This document shows, piece by piece, positions 55,480 to 64,000 of a stretch of 64,000 nt of DNA (positions are counted from its first letter, which is position 1; the number at the start of each line of letters is the position of its first letter). The notes under the pieces were generated by a model that worked only from the letters and a program-made list of their open reading frames with translations, searched no databases and was not told where the DNA came from. Source of the DNA: a virus; IMG/VR virus record IMGVR_UViG_3300031132_000002, one strand, 5' to 3'. A program made the position numbers and the translations under genes.

Positions 55480-55712
55480 TGAAATATCAAATCGTTTGCT
55501 TCACTTGGGGCGATGAACGTCAGACGTTTCAGGTAAAATACAAGCGATTCTTCTTTTGGCATACGCTGCAAGAGCACTGCTACAGTGATTCTTACGACCG
55601 AACGTTTGATACTTTCGATGATGCAATGAAAGCACTGAAAGAAAAACAAGGTCGGGACTTGTCAGGTACATTGAAGAATGTTAGAGTAGTATTCGAACAA
55701 GAGGTGGAGTGA
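55479..55712 (+). CDS. Hypothetical protein
   Basis: KRFFFW motif, TAATG coupling. Confidence 0.6.
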   Translation: MKYQIVCFTWGDERQTFQVKYKRFFFWHTLQEHCYSDSYDRTFDTFDDAMKALKEKQGRDLSGTLKNVRVVFEQEVE

Positions 55713-55750
55713 TGTGGGTCACTCCTTTTTAGAGTAGAACGGAGGAAAGA

Positions 55751-56212
55751 ATGGCTAAACGTTTACGTGATCGTATTTCAGAAGTTATGATGCAGGTTTC
55801 TCGCGGAGAAGAGATTGGTGAGGGCAGCAGCCGTGTTGCTTACGATAGTCTTTCAGGTTTCACCTGCGTTAAGTTTGCTAAGGATTGGCGCGGTGTAGCG
55901 CAGAATGAAGCAGAAGTTGTCTTATATGAAAAGATGAACAAGCGTGAACGTCTGCGTTATGCTAAGATCATTAACCATCACCCTGATTTCCTCTGGGTTG
56001 AAATGGAAAAGCTGGAGAAGGTGAGTAGTTTTCAAGCTGCTGCCTTCCATAAGTTTGAAGGGCGTATCGAAGTTGTGGATGACAAGTATGGATATCTGAA
56101 TGCATCTGATATCGGTATGCACGACTACCCAACAAACTGCGGCGTGAACTCGCGTGGAACCATTATGCTGTATGACTACGGATTCTCTGACGAAGTGGCA
56201 GAACTCTACTAA
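55751..56212 (+). CDS. Minimal protein-kinase-like enzyme
   Basis: IGEGSSRVAY, VKFAK, QNEAE, MEKL, HDYPTN, LYDYG. Confidence 0.7.
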   Translation: MAKRLRDRISEVMMQVSRGEEIGEGSSRVAYDSLSGFTCVKFAKDWRGVAQNEAEVVLYEKMNKRERLRYAKIINHHPDFLWVEMEKLEKVSSFQAAAFHKFEGRIEVVDDKYGYLNASDIGMHDYPTNCGVNSRGTIMLYDYGFSDEVAELY

Positions 56213-56221
56213 GGAGGATTT

Positions 56222-56443
56222 ATGATTAGACTGATACATAACATCAGTGTAGTGGTGGCTTTTGGTTTGGCGTTTGTTATTGGGCTGCTTGCACTAGCCT
56301 TTGTTGTTCTCTTTGGTATCAGCTTTGTTAATTGGGATTGGAATATGTTTATCCAAGGTTTCTTTAACATTGACTGGAAAAATGTCAGGTTTGCTTTCAT
56401 TCTTGGGTGTTTTGTTGGTGTTCTTGTTTGGATTTTCGAATAA
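56222..56443 (+). CDS. Small membrane protein
   Basis: Two hydrophobic segments. Confidence 0.6.
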   Translation: MIRLIHNISVVVAFGLAFVIGLLALAFVVLFGISFVNWDWNMFIQGFFNIDWKNVRFAFILGCFVGVLVWIFE

Positions 56444-56445
56444 CT

Positions 56446-56688
56446 ATGCTACGATACAAACTACTACAAAGAGGGGAGATCTTCCGAGAGGAAGATGTTT
56501 CCCTGATTAATGGTGTCGCTAAGATCTTCAATCCTAATACAGGAGTGACGACAGAGTTTACATCAGAAAGGTGTCCCGACCATTTCTACAGGTTTGAACT
56601 GTTCTTTAATAAAGGGCAGTACAGTATGGCCTTCGAGGTGGCAATGGGTGTTGAAGTAACGGATAAATGGGGGATGGAATTTTGGTAA
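56446..56688 (+). CDS. Hypothetical protein
   Basis: Operon packing. Confidence 0.5.
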   Translation: MLRYKLLQRGEIFREEDVSLINGVAKIFNPNTGVTTEFTSERCPDHFYRFELFFNKGQYSMAFEVAMGVEVTDKWGMEFW

Positions 56689-56969
56689 ATGCAGAAGAAG
56701 TACGTCAGCGGTCTGTCCAGGCTAACAAAGATAAAATCAATGCTGATATTATTGGTGCTATAGAGTCAGCGGCTGGCTGTGGACGATTCGAAGTCTACCT
56801 GTCTCCAGAAGATCACTTTCAAGTTGATCCTCCTTATTACGCTAGATACCGCCAGAAATCAGAGTTAGAGCCGTATAAACGTATGCTGGAGGTAGCTGGT
56901 TTTGAAGTTGTGTATCTGTACTCTCGTAGCGAGTCGGATGTTATCGAAAATGTTATTGTTAAGTGGTAG
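56667..56969 (+). CDS. Hypothetical protein
   Basis: Operon packing; start uncertain. Confidence 0.55.
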   Translation: MGDGILVNAEEVRQRSVQANKDKINADIIGAIESAAGCGRFEVYLSPEDHFQVDPPYYARYRQKSELEPYKRMLEVAGFEVVYLYSRSESDVIENVIVKW

Positions 56970-56977
56970 GAGGTGTT

Positions 56978-57295
56978 ATGAAAATGGCAATGTTCTATCC
57001 GTTCTCTGATTATAAGGACGGACAGTTGTTAACAGGCTACGGTGAAACCGAGTTTGCTTTTGATGCAGCAAAAGATGGTGATCACGTACACACTTCTCAG
57101 ATGTGCTTTCTGAACAAAGCTTGGGAGGAAGGTTACGTTATCTTTATCATCAACGAAATGGGATTACCCGTGTACATTCACAACGGTATGAAAGGCGTTG
57201 ACAAAGAGTTACGAAAAGAGCACAATCTTTTCCGGTTGTGGGTTGCTGGTGCATTGGGTAATAATTTACTTCCTATCGTGGAGCGAGTAGACTAA
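56978..57295 (+). CDS. Hypothetical protein
   Basis: SD AGGAGG; KELRKEHNL. Confidence 0.6.
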   Translation: MKMAMFYPFSDYKDGQLLTGYGETEFAFDAAKDGDHVHTSQMCFLNKAWEEGYVIFIINEMGLPVYIHNGMKGVDKELRKEHNLFRLWVAGALGNNLLPIVERVD

Positions 57296-57498
57296 TGGAA
57301 AAATATCATCTGTTTGCCTTTGACAATTATTATCCTAGCGGCGGTGCTAAGGACTACGTGGAATCTTTTGACTCAGTGGAAGAGGCTGTCAGCTTTGCTA
57401 TTAACCATCTCACCAATGATATTTATCAGATAACCACTTCTACAATGGAAATCGTGGAGCAGGGGTATATTGATGAAAGACTTTGGAAGAAGTGCTGA
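57295..57498 (+). CDS. Hypothetical protein
   Basis: LFAFDNYYPSGG..D. Confidence 0.65.
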   Translation: MEKYHLFAFDNYYPSGGAKDYVESFDSVEEAVSFAINHLTNDIYQITTSTMEIVEQGYIDERLWKKC

Positions 57499-57593
57499 TG
57501 CAAGAGAGTCCTCCACTATTCACAAACGCAGAGCTTGAGCAATTGATAAAAGCTTACGTTCAAAAACACATTAACTGATAGGAGAAACCTATT

Positions 57594-57872
57594 ATGGAAA
57601 TTTATATTGCTTGGTGGGATTGGAGCGATGGTTGGGAACATAGTGAAGGTGTTCTCGGTATGTATGATAAAGAGGATGCAGCGGTTGCTGTAGCTAAAGC
57701 CTATGCTGAGTCTCAAAATGATTCTTATTCCGGTAGCCGTGTAACTTGTGCCACCTTAAATGAGAAATCAGGCGGGTACTTTGATAATGTTCTGCACTCC
57801 TTTGAGTCTGTGGATAAAACTTACGAGGAAGAGGAGGATGGTATTGATGAAATCTGTTCCGAAGATGACTAA
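57594..57872 (+). CDS. Acidic hypothetical protein
   Basis: SD AGGAG. Confidence 0.6.
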   Translation: MEIYIAWWDWSDGWEHSEGVLGMYDKEDAAVAVAKAYAESQNDSYSGSRVTCATLNEKSGGYFDNVLHSFESVDKTYEEEEDGIDEICSEDD

Positions 57873-58101
57873 AATTATTGGTGCTGCTTTACTGGCAGTT
57901 ATTCTGTCAGGATGTGGGCCTAACCCAACTCAAGGCCCAGCCGGAAGCAAAACGCTAGCTTGTACTGACACCAACTACGTTTATAGTTTCCACTACAAGG
58001 GAGAGATTTCTTGGGACAATGGCAGGGCTACTTTCCTGGATGCAGATACAAATCGGGTGAGGAATATTTATAATTTCTCTTGCTATGAGGTTCAAGAGTA
58101 A
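57865..58101 (+). CDS. Small lipoprotein
   Basis: MTKIIGAALLAVILSGC lipobox. Confidence 0.65.
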   Translation: MTKIIGAALLAVILSGCGPNPTQGPAGSKTLACTDTNYVYSFHYKGEISWDNGRATFLDADTNRVRNIYNFSCYEVQE

Positions 58102-58137
58102 GTATATTACTTACATCAACTTGAAAGGAGAATCAAA

Positions 58138-58719
58138 ATGGGTAAAGCTGTAGCGTCACTCAAATCTATAACAGATGTTAAGAAGGTAGCGAAGATCCTC
58201 AAGGATAATCGTGCAACCAATCTGTTCTACGGTTTGTGGGTTATGCAGTACGAAACAGCCTTGCGATTCTCCGATGCTGTGTCTTTGAAGTGGAGTGACT
58301 TTTCCTTATCAGCAACACACGTCCACCTTAAGCAACAAAAGACAGGCAAGAACTTGAAGGTGTTGATTACAGACACGATGCGTCAGATTGTTTCAGAGCG
58401 TCTTGAAGAGGCTTCTGGACGAGAGATGTTCGGAGAATATGTATTCTCATTATCCGATAAGAGATCCAAGGGCGCTCCTATTAGTCATAATCCAGTACTG
58501 GAAGCTTATGGCAAAGCAGGACGTAGAAGCGGTTTACTAGAAGTGGGAACTCATACTCCACGCAAGAGCAAAGGAAGAATTCTGTTTGAGAACGGTGTAC
58601 CTATCGAAAGGATCACTAAACTATTAGGTCAGACTTCTCCGGCTGCAACGCTCTACTATATCGGCTTTACTCAGGAAATGAGTGATGACTTGTCCGAAGA
58701 TTTCTCATTAAGTTTATAA
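58138..58719 (+). CDS. Tyrosine recombinase, catalytic domain only
   Basis: TALRFSD, QQKTGK, GTHTPRK, LLGQ, TLYYIG. Confidence 0.9.
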   Translation: MGKAVASLKSITDVKKVAKILKDNRATNLFYGLWVMQYETALRFSDAVSLKWSDFSLSATHVHLKQQKTGKNLKVLITDTMRQIVSERLEEASGREMFGEYVFSLSDKRSKGAPISHNPVLEAYGKAGRRSGLLEVGTHTPRKSKGRILFENGVPIERITKLLGQTSPAATLYYIGFTQEMSDDLSEDFSLSL

Positions 58720-58782
58720 ATAATGCTTGCATCTCATCTCTCGGTTAGGTAAGATGCTTTTGTCTAAACAAGAGAGGTGATT

Positions 58783-58977
58783 ATGAGTAGCTTAAAGCAG
58801 ATTACAACAACAGATGCATCTGGACTCGGTAATCGGTTATATGTGGTTGAGATCCCTATGGGGAAACGTTCATCTAAGGATGATGATCGTGGACTCTACT
58901 ACAAGGATAGTGGAAAGGATTATGGTAGCAATTACTCTCGTAATCTTGCAGAGCGTAAGCGCGGGTTCCGTCGATAA
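58783..58977 (+). CDS. Hypothetical protein
   Basis: Promoter TTGCAT-17-TAAGAT, SD GAGGTG. Confidence 0.55.
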   Translation: MSSLKQITTTDASGLGNRLYVVEIPMGKRSSKDDDRGLYYKDSGKDYGSNYSRNLAERKRGFRR

Positions 58978-59177
58978 TGGTTGGTCGCTGGATGACATAT
59001 CACAAGTGGCTGAGCATCTATTGTAACCGTGCTGATGCAAACACTATTGGATACTCTGTCAGCACAGATGATATTCTGGATGAAATGGTTGAATACTTCG
59101 GTGAGAGAAGATCAGTTCTGAAAGATGTTATAGGCGCTTGGGATGGAAGTGCAGAAAGTATTGGGGAGGTAGAATGA
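58977..59177 (+). CDS. Hypothetical protein
   Basis: TAATG coupling. Confidence 0.5.
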   Translation: MVGRWMTYHKWLSIYCNRADANTIGYSVSTDDILDEMVEYFGERRSVLKDVIGAWDGSAESIGEVE

Positions 59178-59362
59178 TTCTTTGGCAGAAGGATGGATAT
59201 CAGGTTATTCAACACGAACGCTTGCAATATTTCTACGTGAAGAAATGGATGGAAGGGGATAACCCTCGTTCATACGGCAGGCATTGGGACTACTTTACAG
59301 TCAAAACTTTTAACTGTATTGAAAAAGTAAAAGATTTCTTACGAGGGGAGGGTTTCAAATGA
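59174..59362 (+). CDS. Hypothetical protein
   Basis: ATGA coupling. Confidence 0.5.
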   Translation: MILWQKDGYQVIQHERLQYFYVKKWMEGDNPRSYGRHWDYFTVKTFNCIEKVKDFLRGEGFK

Positions 59363-59616
59363 AAAAGATTATTATGGGTATTGCTTTACTGTGTATCACT
59401 GCTTGTTCTGATGCAGATAGCGGTGGAGCAACATCAATTGATCCACTACAGAACGGTAGTTTCCAAGCAGGACGTATGGAACAGCAGCGGGTGTCTGGTT
59501 GGGTGGACTACGTTATTACCGATCACAAGACAGGTTGCCAGTATGCCCTAATTACCAGCCAAGGCGGTATGACGTTGCTTGGATGCTTTGACGAGTATAA
59601 AACAGGAGGAAAATAA
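59359..59616 (+). CDS. Small lipoprotein
   Basis: Lipobox ITAC; VITDHKTGCQY..GGMTLL. Confidence 0.7.
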   Translation: MKKIIMGIALLCITACSDADSGGATSIDPLQNGSFQAGRMEQQRVSGWVDYVITDHKTGCQYALITSQGGMTLLGCFDEYKTGGK

Positions 59617-59825
59617 TGGAAGAATTCTTTGGTTGCATCCTTATTTGGGCCTTGATTGTACTGGTTCCTCCTTACTTTCTTTGGTTTATGGGTTGTATTA
59701 TCCAGGGAGAGTGGCTATCATTAAGTCTCTTCCAGTGGGAAGATGGATGTAGAATCCTAGTGGCTATCTGGTTTCTTTTGGGTTCTCTTATTTCGTTTGC
59801 TTGTATTGCGGAGACAATTCGATGA
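59616..59825 (+). CDS. Small membrane protein
   Basis: Hydrophobic. Confidence 0.55.
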   Translation: MEEFFGCILIWALIVLVPPYFLWFMGCIIQGEWLSLSLFQWEDGCRILVAIWFLLGSLISFACIAETIR

Positions 59826-60103
59826 TTATTTATTTTGCAAGAGACGGTCAACTGTGTTACCTTGAATCTGAGTCCGGTAACTTCGAAGATAACCATCAAT
59901 CATTTATGGAAGCTATGAAACACTCAGAGCTGGCTTTCGTGGAAAAAGGTAATCATTTTAAAGTGATTCGATCTCGATTCGTGCAGGATATGACGGATAA
60001 GATTTATTTTGACATTAAGTACTTGTTCTTGGATGCAGAATGTGGCATCATTGGAAAAGTAAGAGCAACACCTTACACTCTTGGAACTTTCACTAATAAC
60101 TAA
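59822..60103 (+). CDS. Hypothetical protein
   Basis: ATGA coupling. Confidence 0.55.
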   Translation: MIIYFARDGQLCYLESESGNFEDNHQSFMEAMKHSELAFVEKGNHFKVIRSRFVQDMTDKIYFDIKYLFLDAECGIIGKVRATPYTLGTFTNN

Positions 60104-60113
60104 GGAGTAGCAA

Positions 60114-60311
60114 ATGAAAAAAGAAACTAAAGGCTTTCTGTGGGGAATGGCAGTATGGGTAGCAATGGCGCTGCTTGCTCAGTATCTTTTCTTCCCTAAT
60201 GTAGAAAACTCTACGTTTATCTGGATTTTCTTTTGTGGTGCTATTACCAGCGATGTTGTGCGTACTGTTCGTGCGGCTGTTGTAGAATCGGAGAATAAAG
60301 ATGAACGATAA
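60114..60311 (+). CDS. Small membrane protein
   Basis: SD AAGGAG, hydrophobic. Confidence 0.55.
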   Translation: MKKETKGFLWGMAVWVAMALLAQYLFFPNVENSTFIWIFFCGAITSDVVRTVRAAVVESENKDER

Positions 60312-60483
60312 GACTCAGTACCTGTGCCTGCACTGCGGAAAAGAGCACGGTGAGCATCAAGCCAAGGTATTTCACTGCCCTAAGGCATCGCGTACAGCGT
60401 TTAATGCTTATGACAAGCTACACACCTTTAGCCCAAACTACGATAAGCCTCTGGCTTCTAAACTCAAAATTTAAGGAGAACAT

Positions 60484-60846
60484 ATGACTCAGTTTAAAGA
60501 TTACTGCAAAGATAATGGTTTCGATCCAAATGGAAACTTCATTCTTCGAGATCAGGAAGATGGCCTGATTCGAGGGGATATTGTTAAACTTGAAGATGAC
60601 GATAATAGCGATTGCCCTTCTTTCCGTATCGTAGCAACAAATGGCGATCATATGTCCAATGGGGATGTGATGTATGTTTATTATGAAAACCTTTATCAGG
60701 AGCTTGTCAAAGTAGAAGCTGATCCTAGTTGGAGATTAGAGACAGCAAACACCTACCGCGAAGCAGCCCTGGAGAGTATCAAGAAGTACAACGAATACCT
60801 AGCCTCTCGTCCTAAGGATGATCACGCTCCACTGGTAGTACGATGA
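60484..60846 (+). CDS. Hypothetical protein
   Basis: SD AAGGAG; DDNSDCPSF. Confidence 0.65.
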   Translation: MTQFKDYCKDNGFDPNGNFILRDQEDGLIRGDIVKLEDDDNSDCPSFRIVATNGDHMSNGDVMYVYYENLYQELVKVEADPSWRLETANTYREAALESIKKYNEYLASRPKDDHAPLVVR

Positions 60847-61112
60847 TTATTTTTGATTGGGTGGTTTTCCACCCCTTCTTCACCTACGTCATTCTGATTC
60901 CATTTTTTATGATTGTATTTTATATGATGGATCTGTATGATGAGCAGAAGAACTCAGATAATGATGTGGATACTGATAAGTGTGTTGATTTAGCAAGTAA
61001 TAACTTCTGGCCTGCTGTATTTTGGTTGCCGATGGTGATTATTCTCTTGCTGATCTACATTGTCTTTAGACCTCTAACCCGATTAACTATCTATTTAGCA
61101 CGGAGGAAATAA
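60843..61112 (+). CDS. Small membrane protein
   Basis: Two TM segments. Confidence 0.6.
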   Translation: MIIFDWVVFHPFFTYVILIPFFMIVFYMMDLYDEQKNSDNDVDTDKCVDLASNNFWPAVFWLPMVIILLLIYIVFRPLTRLTIYLARRK

Positions 61113-61381
61113 TGGAATTAGTACAAGAGATTATGAATGCTGGTTTTGATTGGCCTGAGGGTGCATTGTGTGCAATGCGGGATCGTGATGGAGAGATTAA
61201 GTTCTCCACTAAAACCAAGGGTACTATTGTCAAAACTCCAACTGGCATCTATATGCGAGGCGAAGATTGTCTCATCAACAACCGTATGATGCCGGAACCT
61301 CCGTTCCTGGCAGGTACTATTGGTGCTCCTGAGATTGTAACTCGGGATCAGTTTGAAAACTTTTATCAACTAAGTAAGTGA
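61112..61381 (+). CDS. Hypothetical protein
   Basis: WPEGA..DRDG..IVTRDQF. Confidence 0.65.
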   Translation: MELVQEIMNAGFDWPEGALCAMRDRDGEIKFSTKTKGTIVKTPTGIYMRGEDCLINNRMMPEPPFLAGTIGAPEIVTRDQFENFYQLSK

Positions 61382-61387
61382 GGTAAT

Positions 61388-61921
61388 ATGTTTAAGAAAG
61401 GTGATCGTGTAGTGATTGCAGTAGGTTCGCAGTATCACGGGAATAAAAATACTGACTCTAACAACCCAATGTGCCAAGGCACAATCAGGGAGGTATTTGA
61501 GAGTCATTATCAAACTCATCCGATAAAGGTAGATTGGGATAATGGCGAATATAACGCATACAGAGAAGATGATCTGTCTCGGGTAGGAATTGTTGAGGAG
61601 GTTAAAGTGGAAAAAGTAAATGAAAACTCAAATCGTAAGATTACTCTGATCTATAACGATGGTAAGACTTATCACTTCACACGAGTAAAAGGTTTGATTA
61701 TTGATACTCGTAGTGATGAAGTTAAGATTGATAACACTAAGACTATCGATCTAATCACTATCAACAACAATACTATCATCCCTTTCTCATACCTGGATGC
61801 AGTCCTTTACGAAGATCTGGCAACTGAAAAACGCTTTGCTTATTTCTTCAAAGATGGTAAAGTAGTTTCTAAGCAGGAATCGTTCGCTAAAGGAGAGATT
61901 CTCTCCGTACAGCAGCATTAA
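61388..61921 (+). CDS. Hypothetical protein, modular paralog family
   Basis: FKKGDRV..VDWDNG..Y SH3-like N-domain plus ITLIYNDGKTY C-domain. Confidence 0.7.
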   Translation: MFKKGDRVVIAVGSQYHGNKNTDSNNPMCQGTIREVFESHYQTHPIKVDWDNGEYNAYREDDLSRVGIVEEVKVEKVNENSNRKITLIYNDGKTYHFTRVKGLIIDTRSDEVKIDNTKTIDLITINNNTIIPFSYLDAVLYEDLATEKRFAYFFKDGKVVSKQESFAKGEILSVQQH

Positions 61922-61924
61922 TAT

Positions 61925-61946
61925 AATCCCGCTTCGGCGGGATTTC
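61925..61946 (+). terminator. Hairpin terminator
   Basis: AATCCCGC-TTCG-GCGGGATTT. Confidence 0.7.
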
Positions 61947-61967
61947 TCATTTCTACAGGAGGACAAT

Positions 61968-62894
61968 ATGGTTATCATTGGCAGTCAGGCACTACTAGAA
62001 TACGTTCCAGAGGGCATCAAACTCCGTAAAACTATGCTAGATATCGACTATATCTGCTCAGAACGTGAATGGGCCAACGTATCTTATCGATCAGAGTGTG
62101 CTGGATATAATGTGACTCGCTCGGGAAACAAGGGGCTAATCCGAAAGGATGGTCAGTTGATCGAAGAATATGAAATTGCTCAGGAAGGCAGTAGTGGTCA
62201 CGATATTCTTGTTTGGAGTTATGCAAACCATAGTGAGCTAAAGATTCAGACAGATGGTTTAGGTATGTGTGTTCCTCTGAACATCCTCTACCTCCTTAAA
62301 ATGTCTCATCGTTATAAGAAAAATTCTGTTCACTTTGTGAAAACAATGAAAGATATTCTCTTTATGCGTAGCTTAGGTGCTGAGATTCCAGAGGATCTCC
62401 AAGATATCTACCAGAAGCGTATGAAAGAAACCTACAACTACTCTCACCCTAAGTTGAATGTATCCAGCGGAGAGTTTTTCTCAGGTGATGGTATAAACTA
62501 CATCTACGAGCACGATGATATCCACGATGCAATTGCTCTTTACGACAAACCCGCATTCCGGTACTATATGGTGGAAGGTGCTGAGGTGATGACCTCTATG
62601 GATAAATTCTTTGAGGTTGAAGAAGAATATCGTCTATTGGGTGTTTACGAAGAGGCTTGTGTGCTGGCTTTAGAACGTTCTCAGATTCCTAATGATTTTG
62701 AGATTGACCCCGAGAAGAGTTTTATGATAGCATTAATGAAAATCTGTACCTCGATCACATCGGGACGTTTTAGAGAATATGCCTGGGAGAATTACTTCAA
62801 AGTAGTCAACCTGTATCATTCTTTGGGAAAAACAGATTACATAGAGCGATTCAAAAAGAATCAGCATAATTGCAGACCATACAAAGGAGAGTAA
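61968..62894 (+). CDS. Nucleotidyltransferase-like phage protein
   Basis: IIGSQAL..LDIDYI (GS plus DxD); KMSH, HDDIH, EEACVLALER. Confidence 0.6.
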   Translation: MVIIGSQALLEYVPEGIKLRKTMLDIDYICSEREWANVSYRSECAGYNVTRSGNKGLIRKDGQLIEEYEIAQEGSSGHDILVWSYANHSELKIQTDGLGMCVPLNILYLLKMSHRYKKNSVHFVKTMKDILFMRSLGAEIPEDLQDIYQKRMKETYNYSHPKLNVSSGEFFSGDGINYIYEHDDIHDAIALYDKPAFRYYMVEGAEVMTSMDKFFEVEEEYRLLGVYEEACVLALERSQIPNDFEIDPEKSFMIALMKICTSITSGRFREYAWENYFKVVNLYHSLGKTDYIERFKKNQHNCRPYKGE

Positions 62895-62895
62895 T

Positions 62896-63078
62896 GTGAA
62901 ATACTTCGTTTCTACTGGTAAGATTGGTGCGGCTGGTCGCAAGTATCGCTTGAACAAAACAACTGGAGTTGAGGCAGAGGATCAATCAGGTGGTTGGTAT
63001 AAGTCTCACCATACAAAGAAAAGCCTGGAGAAGTTTGTGGGCTGGGGATTTCTTGAGGAGATTAAATGCAAAAAGTAA
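62896..63078 (+). CDS. Hypothetical protein
   Basis: GTG start with SD. Confidence 0.5.
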   Translation: MKYFVSTGKIGAAGRKYRLNKTTGVEAEDQSGGWYKSHHTKKSLEKFVGWGFLEEIKCKK

Positions 63079-63257
63079 AATGTAACTGGATTCATTGTGA
63101 TATCTGTGCTGCTGCGGATACAACTATCACCACTTCTTCTGTCAAAAAGGATTGGTTTTACGATGGAGATTTCCTCGTATGCAATAACTGCCAAGCCATA
63201 GGCGAAGTTAGTGTTGAGGATGGTATTGCCTTTGGTTTGTGGGAGACTGCTGAATGA
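63066..63257 (+). CDS. Small Zn-ribbon protein
   Basis: CDIC and CNNC. Confidence 0.6.
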   Translation: MQKVKCNWIHCDICAAADTTITTSSVKKDWFYDGDFLVCNNCQAIGEVSVEDGIAFGLWETAE

Positions 63258-63919
63258 TTGTATTCTCCCTGTTCGATGGTAGTGGAATTGCAGGGTATGA
63301 TTATGCAAAGGCAGGTCACACTGTCTATTGCTTCAATGCAGACGAGGGGAACCACGGAGAATACTTCGTTAAGATGCAGCACCCTAACCTTCACTACGTT
63401 AATCTCTGGATTGACAAATCTTTCGATGAAAAACGTGTGGAAATGGGTTTACCTGTACCAGATATTATGTTTGCATATCCTGATTGTACTTTCTTTGCTC
63501 AATCTGGAGATCAGCACGTCAGGACAGAGCAAGAGATGCAGTTGGCGAGAAGTAACGTAGATTTGATTCCTTATTTGGGCGATCTATACGATTGTCCTTG
63601 GTATCTGGAGAATCCTGTTGGGAAATTATCAACAGAATGGCGTAAACCTGACTACTACTTCCATCCTTATGAGTATGGTGGCTATCTGAGTCCAGAAGAA
63701 GGTAGTTTTCATCCTAAGATGCCTGTATGTGATGGATACACCAAGAAAACGTGTATCTGGGCTGGCAATGGCTTCAAGATGCCTGCTAAAAAGCCTGTAG
63801 ACCACTGCGGATTCTTCTGGGGATGGAAGTACTTGGGAGGTAAGTCTGCTCGTACTAAACAGCTAAGATCTCTTACTCCTCGTGGCTTTGCTCGGGCTGT
63901 GTTTTTGGAGAACAGCTAG
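63254..63919 (+). CDS. Short C5-cytosine DNA methyltransferase-like protein
   Basis: SLFDGSG (motif I), YPDCT (IV), LENPV (VI), YTKKTCIW, RSLTPRGFA. Confidence 0.8.
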   Translation: MIVFSLFDGSGIAGYDYAKAGHTVYCFNADEGNHGEYFVKMQHPNLHYVNLWIDKSFDEKRVEMGLPVPDIMFAYPDCTFFAQSGDQHVRTEQEMQLARSNVDLIPYLGDLYDCPWYLENPVGKLSTEWRKPDYYFHPYEYGGYLSPEEGSFHPKMPVCDGYTKKTCIWAGNGFKMPAKKPVDHCGFFWGWKYLGGKSARTKQLRSLTPRGFARAVFLENS

Positions 63920-64000
63920 TGGAAGGTGAAATCTTTGAACTTATTGGGCAACTGCTTGCTTTCATCTTTGAGCTTGTGATAGAGTGCCCAAACTTACTGG

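Noticed and set aside
58138-58719. Integrase as evidence of a prophage
   Set aside because: No host genes, repressor or att repeats in the window

Overview
A 64-kb segment of a large lytic enterobacterial phage genome. Gene content (TerD/vWA/TelA/TerC-like cluster, SleB-type hydrolase, UvrD-like helicase, AmsF/WceF-like depolymerase) suggests an rV5-like myovirus of Erwinia or Pantoea; this is inference, no search was run. No capsid, terminase, tRNA, rRNA or CRISPR array is visible. Layout: (1) 1-27.2 kb, minus strand: four glycosyltransferases, cell-wall hydrolase, Ter stress genes, macrodomain, MazG-like protein, YqeY, helicase, nucleotidyltransferase, depolymerase. (2) 27.3-38.4 kb, plus strand: small genes including an HD (p)ppGpp-hydrolase-like protein, a mini PolA-motif protein and an AAA ATPase. 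(3) About 38.5-52.75 kb: a distinct island bounded by two repeat-rich non-coding blocks, with many tiny genes behind near-consensus sigma70 promoters. It contains a clear T7 Ocr homologue, a second acidic DNA-mimic candidate, a gp0.7-like kinase-fold protein, a gp1.1-like peptide and several ORF-less promoter-driven structured units. It is probably the first-injected region or a long terminal repeat. (4) 52.8-64 kb, plus strand: mini kinase, stand-alone tyrosine recombinase, nucleotidyltransferase-like protein, C5 DNA methyltransferase. Many start codons were re-called from SD position.
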